64,000 nucleotides of DNA from Raja brachyura (lineage: Eukaryota), in the NCBI GenBank assembly GCA_963514005.1, contig OY740782.1:51088001-51152000 (forward strand), given 5' to 3'. Shown piece by piece: positions 11,915-23,168 of the stretch. Both the position numbers and the translations under genes were made by a program. A model generated the notes under the pieces. It ran no database searches and was not told the origin of the DNA. It saw only the letters and a list, made by a program, of their open reading frames with translations. Within the stretch, counting starts at the first letter, position 1. Every line of letters starts with the position of its first letter.

Positions 11915-12949
11915 CTAGGTATGTTGCAAAAATTACCTTTAGCGGCGCTGCACTTCTGCCGCTCCCCGTGTGCGCGACTTTAGCGCCTTTCAGAGGGGGG
12001 CGGGCTTAAAGTGCCGTTTTTCCACAGACCTGGATAATCGATGAATGTCGGGCGATTTCGTTGCGGAAGAAAAATCGCTCCGACATTTCATCAATGAAGG
12101 TATTTTTAAATTACTCTAAATTATTTGTTAACTAGAGTAATTTAAAAATCACCTTCAAAAGCAGTGAGCACTGACAACCGGAAGGATTTTCCGTAGGGGA
12201 GAAAAAAAGGTAAATAGTTTATTTTTATATTAAAAATTGGTTTTTCGGGAGGCTTTAATAATATTTTTATGTTGCGAAATGGGGTCCCAAAAAATGTATG
12301 AACAAACAGTATTTTTCCTCCCGACTTCACCGCTAACCGCAACGTTCCAATCCACCGCATTCCACTAAAACCCACTCGCTAGTTGATTTAAATGGCCATT
12401 AATTTACAGGCATAAAACACTAAATTCCTTCCATTTGGCCCAGAAATTCATGAAAATGAGATTTAAAAATTATGTTATATTGTGGATTATTGTGTGAACG
12501 TTATTTGGACACTTAGGCAATTTAAAAAAAGTTTACCTTTTCTTAAGAAATTGATAGATGTTTAGATCTACTCATTGAATTTTGTAATTAGCTACAATTA
12601 GATAACTAACTAATTATATGCTTTAATTTCAGGTAATCCAAGTAAGATTGCTTAATATTTGTTTCAGAATGCTTCAATCTATAATAACTGAAAATTTCAT
12701 TGAGTTCTCTTAATTTTTAAGAAAGTTATGGGCTTTTAACTTTTCCAGATCACAGCTTTTGAGTTGTCAATTGAAAGGCAATGGGGAGCAAGATGCTAAT
12801 TTCCGAGTATGAAAATGGCCATAACTTTCTTAATACTGAAGATATGAAAGTAAATTAGGTGTCAAATTAAACTTCTTTTTATGCTTTATCTGATGGGATA
12901 AATTGCAGACTTGATTTTTAAAATCTCAAAATTTTGTAACATTGCTACC
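11915..12949. mobile_element. Non-autonomous TTAA-targeting DNA transposon (Kolobok-like)
   Basis: TTAA on both sides (11911-14 and 12950-53) and imperfect TIRs aggtatgttgcaaaa / ttttgtaacattgctacct. It interrupts the CR1 relic. Confidence 0.65.
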
Positions 12950-13153
12950 TTAACAGCATTTATGTACAGAGGGACTTTACCGAGTGGGTCCCGGCGACCA
13001 GGAATGGGAATCACTGTTTCTGTCATCTCAATGCTAGTTTTCAGAGGCAGCCGGATTGCTCCCCCGGGTACAGCTCTAGTATCTTTGATCCAGCCAGCGG
13101 TGTCACTCCGATCTCGCAGCTCACTAGGGGTGGAGCCGCTGCCGCCTCTCAAT

Positions 13154-13173
13154 CAAAGATACTATGATCTTTG
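13154..13173. mobile_element. 20-bp micro-MITE/footprint with perfect 8-bp TSD
   Basis: ctctcaat|CAAAGATACTATGATCTTTG|ctctcaat. Confidence 0.8.
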
Positions 13174-13230
13174 CTCTCAATGTCGAGGGGCGGCCGGGGC
13201 GCTGTAGCGCCACACGCCCGGGGAGGAGAC

Positions 13231-13345
13231 ATGGAGCAGAGTAGCCCGCTGCCCAGCCAGGACTGGTTCCAGGAAACCTTCACACAGTACGACTACGGGG
13301 GGCAGATAAGTGCGGCGAGGGCTCGGGAGTTCGGCAGATTGTCAG
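13231..13345 (+). CDS. MOCOS: Molybdenum cofactor sulfurase, coding exon 1
   Basis: MEQSSPLPSQDWFQETFTQYDYGGQISAARAREFGRLS-G. The YxYG...RAREFxRL motif matches the MOCOS N-terminus. Donor G|gtaac, phase 1. An in-frame upstream ATG lies at 13180. Confidence 0.88.
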
Positions 13346-13479
13346 GTAACTGGGCTGGGCAGTAGGGCGTTGAGTTGAGGCGGTAGTTCGTGCTGGATCC
13401 GGCAGCTGGTGCCAGTAAAGCGCTGGATCTCAGAGTGCTCCAGGGGAGCACTGGGTTAGAGTCCCGTCATGGTTGAGAC

Positions 13480-13512
13480 CAAAGATCATAGAGCGGAAAT
13501 CTATGATCTTTG
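13480..13512. mobile_element. 33-bp micro-MITE, hAT-like
   Basis: gttgagac|CAAAGATCATAGAgcggaaaTCTATGATCTTTG|gttgactc, with perfect TIRs and a 6/8 TSD. Confidence 0.75.
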
Positions 13513-14829
13513 GTTGACTCCTACCTATATCCGGGTTTGCTTTCGATTTTAGTTGTATGAGATTTGAATATACATAATGTATAAATATGTTTAATTATGG
13601 TCGATTTAACTTAGGAAATGCGACTGCTCATTTTAGCACAGGATGCTTCCCTGAAAGCATCTTGGGGAAGTTCAAATTATTTGATCACATAAATTTGTAG
13701 AATACTTTTTAAAAACCCTTCAGTTATGAAGAGGAGATCCCATGTGCACAGCGTTCCACGTGATGAAATCTATGATTTATAAATGTCTCAGACTCGACCT
13801 GAATGCACGTAAAGTGTTCATGTTGAATTGTTGTTATTTAAAGATTGTATCACGTGTCTATTCTGGCAATCCTCCCTAATATGCCCTATCAACATGTACT
13901 TCCGTTCTCTCCCCAGCACGGTTTTCTACTTTAACTGTTAATCACCCACAACCATTGGTTTCATTCAATGACTGTAAGTTTTGCATTTTTAGTGGTTTCT
14001 ACAAAGTAGTTCTCCTGAATCTGTTGAATTAACGTGAATATTTTATATTTCTAATATCAATTTTTTTAATTGAGCTAAAAATTGAAGTGCGTTCTCAAAA
14101 CGTTCAAATCCTTCGATAATTTTAAAGAACCCTATCAGAACACTGTATGTAAGAGCTAAGCATTTATCTTTACCTTCTCTGCCTGTGAATTATCATGGCT
14201 GATATTTGCCGTTTGCTCAATTTTCCAGTGCTGTACCCTCATATCCAGTGACTTTCCTTAATCTCTATGAACCTATTGATCTGATTTGAATAAACACATT
14301 GGCAGGGCCTCCATAACCTTCTTGGATGGAACTTGAAATCTTGTTGAACATGAATAGGCCTTTCAGCCCACCATCATTTTGTCAACCATCCATTCTTACT
14401 GATTATGGTTTTTAGATCATGAAGCTAAGGGAAACTACTCCCATCTACCTGCATGTGGTTTGTATCCCCTTCCCTCTGCCTGCGCACGAGTCTGTCTGAA
14501 TGCCTATGACTTGTTTATGTATCTGCCAATGACCCAAGTAACAATCCCTGACTAGTCATAGTGTGTAAGCAAAAGAAAGACTCATTTATTCCTATTGTTT
14601 CCTTTTTATCCATGAACAAATTCTTAAACCATGCGAGTAAATTACCCCCAAATCAGTGTGATTCAGTCTTGATGACCACTCTCCTTATTGAGAACTTTGT
14701 GCAAAATCTAAATGCACCACATACGTTAGTTCCCCATTATCTCTTTTATTTGTCATGCTCTTGAAGAACTTCACCAGATCAATCGGTCATGATTTCCCTT
14801 TCATAATCCATGCCAACTTTGGTTCTGTT

Positions 14830-15124
14830 TATGGTTTATTATTATTGTCATGGTGAAAACTTTGTTTTGCACACTATCCATGCAAAGCATACTATACATG
14901 AGTATATCAGATAATGCTATAGAGAAAAACCAAATGGCAGAATATAGTGTTACAGCTGCAGAGAAAGTGCAGGTAACAAAAGTGTAGGGAGCGCAATAAG
15001 GTAGATTGGAAGATCGGGAATTCTTCCATAACAGAAGAGAGATCTGTTTAAGAGTCTGATAACAGTGGGAAGAAGCTGTTCTTGAATCTGGTGGTATGTG
15101 CTTTGAAAGCTTTTGTATCTAGCC
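14830..15124 (-). mobile_element. Rex1/Babar-like LINE 3' end
   Basis: gaagaagctgttcttgaatctggtggt (RFKNSFFP on the minus strand) and a tttattattattgtca tail. Confidence 0.7.
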
Positions 15125-16970
15125 CAGTGGTTCTTAACCTTTTTGGCCCCACAACCCCATCAGACGTTCTTGGTCAGTACCGTGACCCCCAAAACAAAAA
15201 TTGAAAAAAAACCAGCCGGATTTATTAAAATATGTCTGCCAATGCTCAGTCAATGGGATGGCTGAAATTGCTTCACAGCCATCAGGCAATCAAAACAAGG
15301 ACGAATGCTCGACAGACAGCACCTCATGCTGGTTGAGGGGGACTGGACCAATAGGGTCAGGGCCCTCTTCGAAAGAACAGGACAGTCCTTCACTTTCATC
15401 CAAAATGTGGCGAGCTTTTGTTCCATGAAGTCACCCTTGAGCTGCGCATCTTCACGAAGTTGGTAAAATTCAACCTTCACAGTCGCGTCAGTAGAGCTGA
15501 TGGCACCGTCTTCAATGGAAATGGGTCGGATGATCCGCTCATCATGAGAGCAATCGTCCAGTCCGAGGAAGTAACATTCGATGGCTTCACTAATTGCCAG
15601 AAGGTGGGTTGAGATCTCGAGGAAGTGGCATACTTCATCTGGCATAGCATCCAGAAGAGTCGTCATCTCGGGGAAGATAGTCATGTCACAGTCCTGGACT
15701 CTTCTCTGGTAAAGGTTCCTCCTGAACTCTGACACTTTGTCACGAGCCGTGTGTAGCATTGAGAGGTTTCCTTGAAGTGACAGGTTCAAGGAATTCACCT
15801 CGGCGAAGAAGTCAACCAAGTAAGCAACCGTCGTCACAAACAGATCATCCTGCATCTTTTCATGAAGCTAATTCTTCTTCTCAGTACACCCTCCAAGAAC
15901 AGCGCTATTTCCTCTCGAAGTTGAATCACACGATTGAGAACTTTACCACGCGAAAGCCAGCGCACCTCTGTGTGGAATAAGAGAATAGTGAAATTGGCAC
16001 CCATTACTTCACACATCGCTTTGAAGATTCTTGAGTTTGTTGCGCTCCCTCGGATGTGGTTCACAAACTTAACCACGTCTGAAAGCACTTCTCGAAGACC
16101 AGAAGGGAGAGTCTTCATCGCTAAAGCATGGCGATCTATCCTGTGCAGTGGGTGAAGGAGACATGGGGAGCGACATCCTTCATGAAGGCTTGGAAGCCAG
16201 ATCTGCAACCGACCATGGAAGGTGCCCCATCTGTACACACCCCGACAAGGCGTCCCCAGCCAAGCTCATGTTTGATGAGGAAGGTTTCCATCATTCTGAA
16301 CACATCTTCTACCCGAGTGGTAGTAGCCAATGGCTCCGAGAACAGGTACTCCTCCTTCATGGCTTCTCCATTGAGGGAATAAACGTACACTAGCAGTTGG
16401 GAACATGAGGCAACATCTGTTGACTCGTCCAGTTGCAGTGAATACACTGGACTGCTCTTCACAGTGCCCACTACTTGCAGCAGAATATCATTACTTGTAT
16501 CTGAGATTCGACTTTTGACTGTGTCATTCAAAAGGGAAATCTGCCTGAACTTGTTTGACTGCTGTTCCCCCAGCACCAACTTCACTGCTTCGAGAAGGCA
16601 TGGCTTGATAAGCTCTTCACCGATGCTGTGAGGTTTCTTAGTCTGTGTGATTCGATAAGTAATCCGGTATGAAGCCTCCAACGCTGCTTCATTTTGATGA
16701 GCGCAGTGACCCGTCGAATCGATGTGGGAACCCGTGAATGCGACTTCTTTTCGTTTGAAATAGTCCACGCCTTTCCCCGCCAGGTTGCTGTGACAAGACT
16801 CCAAATGGATCTTCAGTTTGCTGGGTTCGTGCTCTCGTGGCTCAAAACCTTGGCACAGATAACACATTGAGGCTTGACCACGGATTTTTGAACAATGCTT
16901 GTGAAGCCGAACTTGAGAAATGCTTCACTATACGTGCGTGTCTTGGAAGACATGGTTCACAACACACATA
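15125..16970 (-). mobile_element. hAT Charlie/Buster (ZBED5/SCAND3-like) transposon with decayed transposase; one TIR retained
   Basis: TIR CAGTGGTTCTTAACCTTTTT at 15125 after the target-like atctagcc. The ORFs give a BED finger, [26 protein letters not shown] and [10 protein letters not shown]. There are several frameshifts and no second TIR was seen. Confidence 0.92.
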
Positions 16971-17569
16971 GTTTGTGTGTGTGTGTATATGCAGGGCCTC
17001 AGAGGAATTTTATCAGTGTGTACAAAGTTTATATTGGGCCCCCTTCCCTTCTCCATTAGTCATCCTGTTTTTATCCATTACGCTATGGTTTTATGCCACG
17101 AGCTGTAGCCTGCAAGGCAAAAAGGGGTATGGAAGATGGAGAGGGGTGGAATGGAGAGCTCTGTTGATTTTCTGCATTTGTGGCCTTATGCCCCTCCATG
17201 ATAAATATAAATAAATATAAATAAAATAATAGGATCAGAAAGCACATTTGTTTTCCTTCGCTCCATAGATGCGGCCTCACCTGCTGAGTTTTTCAAGCAT
17301 TTTTAGCTACCTTTGTTTTGAACATCTTTGTTTATGCTGCAATACCGGTAAGGAGAAATAATTCACATTGAAACATCCTTTTATATTTCTATGCAGATCA
17401 GATCATCAGAAGGCATAATTATTAGTAACAAGTAAAATAAGGTAGATAGGCTTAGAATTTACTTTAAATAAAGAGCTTCCCTGGCCTTTTTTTGTGAGTA
17501 TTTTTGAATTACAGCATGAACATTTATTGTTCTGGCAATGTTTGATTCAATACTATTGATTCAATACGT

Positions 17570-18170
17570 TGACATCGTGGGGCTGTGGTCTGCGGAACTT
17601 CTAGCTGCAGGCATGGCGTGGAATTACCATCCGGAGCCTGGGATGCCTCACCGGGGTCGCCAGAGAAGAGCTCCGACTGCCAGCCTGTGGCCTAAAGCAT
17701 CCTGAAGCCATGGTCTGCGGAGCTTCTAGCTGCGGGCATGGCGTGGACTTAGCATCCGAGCCTGGGATCCCTCGCCGGGGATCGCTGGAGAAGAGCTCCC
17801 ACCACCGGCCTGTGGCCTATAACATCCTGAAGCCGCGGTCTCCGGAAGGAAATTGCCGAGTCGGGACCTCCAATCCGCAGAGTGTGTTTCTCCGTCCCGA
17901 CATCGGAGTTTGAATGATCCCGACGAAAGGGCCTGTACATCAGGCCATCTGTAGCGGCGACTACGGAGGGGTTATGGTCCCAACCACGGGTGAACAAAGG
18001 AGGAGGACTGTCTGAACCTTGTTGCCTTCCACCACAGTGAAGAATGCTGTGGTGGATGTTTGTGTTAAATTTTATTGTGTATTGTGTGTTCTTTTTAAGT
18101 GTATTGCTGCTGCAAATTCATTTGACTGCACCTTCGGGTGTATTTGACAAATAAAATTGACTTTGACTTT
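17570..18170 (+). mobile_element. GC-rich non-autonomous retroelement with about 125-bp internal tandem repeats
   Basis: Two copies of ggtctgcgga.cttctagctgc...gcctgtggccta..catcctgaagcc, ending aataaaattgactttgacttt. Confidence 0.75.
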
Positions 18171-18366
18171 AAATACTTAGCCTGGCCAAATCCACAAGAC
18201 GTTACTGAGACATTGTGGACCTTAAATAATTCTTAATCAGCTTGAGTTTTCTAAATGATCTCTCTGCACAAGCTACTGTTGCTGGAACTGTTAATATTAT
18301 TCTTAAGCTAACACAATCATTTGAAAACGGGTCACCAAGTCTATACTCTTAACAAGTTCAACAGAT

Positions 18367-18510
18367 NNNNNNNNNNNNNNNNNNNNNNNNNNNNNNNNNN
18401 NNNNNNNNNNNNNNNNNNNNNNNNNNNNNNNNNNNNNNNNNNNNNNNNNNNNNNNNNNNNNNNNNNNNNNNNNNNNNNNNNNNNNNNNNNNNNNNNNNNN
18501 NNNNNNNNNN
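18367..18510. other. Assembly gap (144 N)
   Basis: Run of n. Confidence 1.
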
Positions 18511-18861
18511 CCACTCACACACACTCTCACTCACACACATTCCCACTGACCCACGCACACACTGACCCACGCACCCACTGACCCACACCCAAACCCGGAC
18601 CATTGAAACAGCCGCAGTTGCCGACTCTCACCACTTCCCCAGACGGGGCCTCCGCAGCCACTGTCGCAGACCTTCACTGTCTTCAGAAAGCCACCGATGC
18701 TGCTGCCCGTATCTCTACTCCAGCTCCCCACAGGCCTCCACCAGCGACTCCGCCGACCCTCGCCTCTCCACCGGCCACCAGCAGGCCAGAGCCGTCGCCT
18801 CACCAGAGTTTCAGGCTCAGCACAAGATCCACAACCTCCATCATGCAGACAGCACATGATC

Positions 18862-19051
18862 TGTCTCTGCTGGGTCCTAGTGCTTTCCCTCCCTTTTACA
18901 GGGAAGACCCATCAGTACTGACGACTCTGCTGGGTCCTGGTGCTCCCCCCTCCTACTGGGAAGATCCATCAGTAGTGATGACTCTGTTGGGTCCTAGCAC
19001 TCTCCGTCCCCCTCCTACAGGGAAGACCCATCAGTAGTGATGGGTCTTCCC
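18862..19051. repeat. About 60-bp minisatellite x3 ending in a perfect hairpin
   Basis: ctctg(c/t)tgggtcct...gggaaga(c/t)ccatcagta(c/g)tga repeated three times. Confidence 0.9.
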
Positions 19052-19375
19052 CTTTCCTCTCTTTTAATCAGGTTACCCCGACCACACACCGCCAGTTAAA
19101 TTTCCGTGTTTTATTATGGATCACAATTTCTACGAATTACGATATATAAAACTCTGTGGGCTCACACAAAATGTGAATGCTGGTCTTCACAAAATCTATG
19201 CAAACATTTTCTGAGATTGAGCCCGGCCCCCCTCCTTTGGCTCCCGGGCGCCCTTTTGGGGGCGCCACTGCAACAGCTTTGGGTGACAAAGCTGTTTCCA
19301 CTGCACGCACAGAGCATGCATTTCACAGTAGAATTTAACACCTAGAAAAGGATAATCCTATTCATTTAATGAGAA

Positions 19376-20625
19376 CTAGATTAAATGGGACCCGTTGGGT
19401 CCCAGCTTCACACAAGAGGGCTTGCCCCCCAACGCAATATTCCATCTTTTCACCAATTCTAATATTGCCGGCCAGTGAGGGGGGGGGGGGGGGGCTTTCT
19501 GGAGCACTAGCATGGTGTAGGTCGAAGGGACTGGTTTCCAGAGGGCTAGTATGGACATCGTGGGCCGAATAGATTCTTGCGCTGGCAGCTCAGTCACTGA
19601 GACCACACACACACTCACACTCAAAAACAGATACACACACACACTCATAAACACATACACACACACTCACTGACTCGTACACCATATATATGGCAGTAAA
19701 CCTTCTTGAATACTCACATGGCTGAGCGTGGCCTCTCCATTTTGGGGCTTCCGCAGTCAGCGGCACTTCCGCAATCAGCGTGACCTCTGCACTTACCGGA
19801 AATTACGCAATCAGCGCGACCTCTGCACTCACCGGAAATTACGCAATCAATTCCACTATGCGGAAGTCACTAAATGAGCGGGACTTTTGAACCAAACACA
19901 GTCGGACCTAATAAAGCATTTATTCCTTCCAAACCTAGAAACATAGAAAATAGGTGCAGGAGGAGACCATTCAGCCATTCGAGCCAGCACCGCCATTCAT
20001 TGTGATCATGGCTGATCGTCCATTATCAATAACCCGTGCCTGCCTTCTCCCCATATCCCTTGACTCCACTAGCCCCTAGAGCTCTATCCAACTCTCTCTT
20101 AAATCCATCCAGTGATTTGGCCGCCACTGCCCACAATTGGACCTAATAAAACATTGCAGTTTCAAGCACAGGCAGGGCAGCAAGCCAAACAACTCATTGT
20201 CATTGTCATTAAGGGCTAACAAATCATTTATTGCAAGTACATTGCAGTCTCACAGTTCAGTTGATTCACAGCTTAAAATGAGAATCATGGCCTCTCCCTC
20301 GTGATCTTGCAGAGTGACTGAGTGACTACGTCCAGGCATCCGGGGTTTTATAGTCCTGCCCCCCACCCCCACCCCGGAAGGGGCGTTACCTTAATTGCGG
20401 TGATTGACAAGTGAGTGTTATTTTAAACACTCATAACTTTTTTATTGTTCATCGATGGGAAAGATCCTCGGGGCCTGCTCAGCGGAGGAGGGCTGTGAGT
20501 AAGATGGGCAAAAATCATAGCGATATATGGTAGCGTTTTTTCCAAAATTAATATACAGCGCAGACAGTGGTCAAGATGAGACTTAATTATATAGATAATT
20601 ATATAGATAGACTTAATTATATAGA
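19376..20625 (-). mobile_element. Non-autonomous Helitron (with a CR1 3' end inserted at about 19932-20130)
   Basis: The minus strand ends with the hairpin gggaccc-aac-gggtccc and CTAG|T. The other end is A|TCTATAT (TC start), present in triplicate at 20586-20625. Confidence 0.75.
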
Positions 20626-20984
20626 TAAAGCCAATACCAACATAATGGTCTTTAATGTTTTACCTTGTATATGAGTAAAAAATATGATTGTTCTTTGTCT
20701 TGGGAGTCAGAACCTTAATGGTGTTTATGCTCCATAAGAATGTGTTAGCTGTTCTCCATACTTAAAAAGGATGATAAGCTAAAAATAACAGAGAGTGCAC
20801 TGGAGAAAGTGCCAACGTACCAGACGTACCAGAGTGTATAACTGCTGAAGCATTCAAAAGACCTTTGCATGTTGTGAATATCACAGCATTTTTCATATGT
20901 TGAATTTCAGTACAGTACAGAAGATGACCTAAGGCTTATGTTAAAAATGTTAACTGGCATTGGCCATGGCACATCTATTAGCTC

Positions 20985-21260
20985 CCACCTCACAGAATGA
21001 ATGATAAGGCTTTAATCCTGAATTCCGGTGCTGTCTATGTGTAGTTTACATGTTCTCCTTGTGACCATGTGAGTTTCCTTTAGGTGCTCTGGTTTCTCTC
21101 ACATCCCAAAGACACGAATGTTTGTAGGTGAACTAGCTACTTCCAAATTCCCCAAATGTATAGGTAAGTGGGAGAATCTAGTGAGAATATAAGGAGAATA
21201 GGTTGCATGGAAGGTTATTGCGAAAAATAAGGTTGCTCACTTGAGATGGCATAAACTTGT
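20985..21260 (+). mobile_element. Old tRNA-derived SINE (HE1/V-SINE-like), degenerate
   Basis: gtagtttacatgttctccttgtgaccatgtgagtttcc...cacatcccaaagac core. Confidence 0.65.
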
Positions 21261-22439
21261 TGGGCAGAAATTGCCTCTTTCTGTGCTGCAAGGCAATTTA
21301 AGATCATTCCTGTTATTTTTGGACCAATCCACGAAGTATGATGAAAAAATATTGACAATATTTTCCTGTTGCACAGAGTGGTTTGGTTAAACCTGTATGT
21401 GGAGCACATGCCGTTCACAATTTAATTTATTAATGCCCGTCAATTTGCTGTGGCTTTCTACTTAATACGTCGAGTATAATCTTCAGATGAAGTGAAGTTA
21501 AGGAGATAATTTGGTCTATTTTTCCAATTAAAAATATTTTTCATGAATTCCTGTGTCCAGATTCACAACGTAAAGGCTAATGAAAATACAGAAATATGGA
21601 AGATTATGCTTTGATACTGAATAAATGGTTGTGTGTTATCTTATCCCAGCTATTTTTGCCTGCAACTTGAATACCACTCCAATTCTGTTTTAAAATAACT
21701 TATTGATCTGGTTTGCATCACCTTTTTGTGCACCCTGTTCCAGATCTAGGCAACGCATGAAAATATTTCTCTTTGGTCACCCCGCCCCTCCCCCTTCAAC
21801 ATTTTATGTAATTAACTTGTATTTCCACCTCCCGTCAATACTTGCCAGAGGAACTTATTTTCCTCTGTAATCTTAAGATGGCCTGCCTTTTCCACAAAGA
21901 GGGTTGCTAAATTATGGAGATAGCTGATGACATGGCACTCTCCTAATTAATGGTTACCTCTCTGTGTACTGTCATCACCTGCAGTATTTTCCAATGTCTT
22001 CCTCAACCTGAGCTCCCTGCCCCCAAACTGTCATTAAAATTGGCAGATCTTTGTGTTATGCGCCATTTTCCTTTTTTCCTTTATGGCTTTGGCCATCCAT
22101 AAATATCAAGGTTATTTTGTCCACTTCAGTATTTAATTCTCGTGTTCCATTAATCATCAATCTAAACTAATACCCAGCTTTTTTTCTGGCCATTTATGAG
22201 CTGAAACAGTGAACTATTTGGTTCTATTTCTTTACCTACTGTCCCCCACTCTTTCAAATCTATTTTCATCATTCTGACACAAAAACATCCTTTCAATACC
22301 AGCAAATCATCAATAGTGGCTTCACTTTGCATGCTGTACCATATCTCTTGCACCTGCCAAAGATTTATTTCTGGTACTCTTTTCATTTCTTATCGATGGG
22401 TAGGTAATTTGCATTTGGGTCGTTTTCATCTAAGGTATT

Positions 22440-23168
22440 GAAGATGAAATTCAGTATAGCAAAGTGTGGAGTCATGCATTTTGGTATAAGAATAACGGCA
22501 TAGATTATTTTCTAAATGGAGAAATAATCCAGAAATCGGAGGTGCAAAGGGACTTGGGAGTGCTGGTGCAAGATTCCTAAAAAGTTAATTTGCAAGTTGA
22601 ATTGGTGGTAAGGAAGGCTACATTTGGAGTACTATGAGCAAATTTGTGCCCCATATCTGAGGAAGGATGTGCTGTCTCTGGAGAGGATTCAGAGGAGTTT
22701 TACGAGAATGATTCCAAAAATAAGTGGGTTAGCATATGATTAGTGTTTGACAGCACTGGGCCTCTACTTGCTGGAGTTTAGGTTGAGGGAGGGACCTCAT
22801 TGAAACTTGCAGAATAATGAAAGGCATAGATAGAGTGGATGAGGAGAGGATGTTTCCACTGATGGGAGAGCCTAGGACCAGAGGTCATAGAATTAAAGGG
22901 TGCTCATTTAGAAAGGAGGTGAGGAGGAACTTCTTTAGTCCGATGGTAGTTCATCTGTGGAACTCATTGCCACAGATGGCTGTGGAGTCCAAGTCAGTGG
23001 ATATTTTTAAGGCAGAGATAGACAAATTCTTGATTAGCACGGATGTCAAGGGTTATGGGGAGAAGGCAAGAAAATGGGAATTGGAGGCAGAGATCAGCCA
23101 TGATTGAATGGCGGAGTAGACTCGATGGGTCGAATGGCCTAATTCAAATCCTATAACTTGTGAACTTG
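22440..23168 (+). mobile_element. CR1 LINE 3' portion
   Basis: KCGVMHFG, RKDVLSLERIQR and RRNFFSPMVVHLWNSLP motifs with a (cttgtgaa) tail. Confidence 0.9.

Larger units (their letters stand above)
12980..13520 (+). promoter_or_regulatory. CpG-rich promoter/first-exon region of MOCOS
   Basis: Non-repetitive GC- and CpG-rich stretch around exon 1, with a GGGCGG box at about 13188. Confidence 0.65.

Noticed and set aside
15250-16867. Domesticated ZBED5/SCAND3-like host gene
   Set aside because: Multiple frameshifts, the missing catalytic Glu region and a retained TIR indicate a dead transposon.
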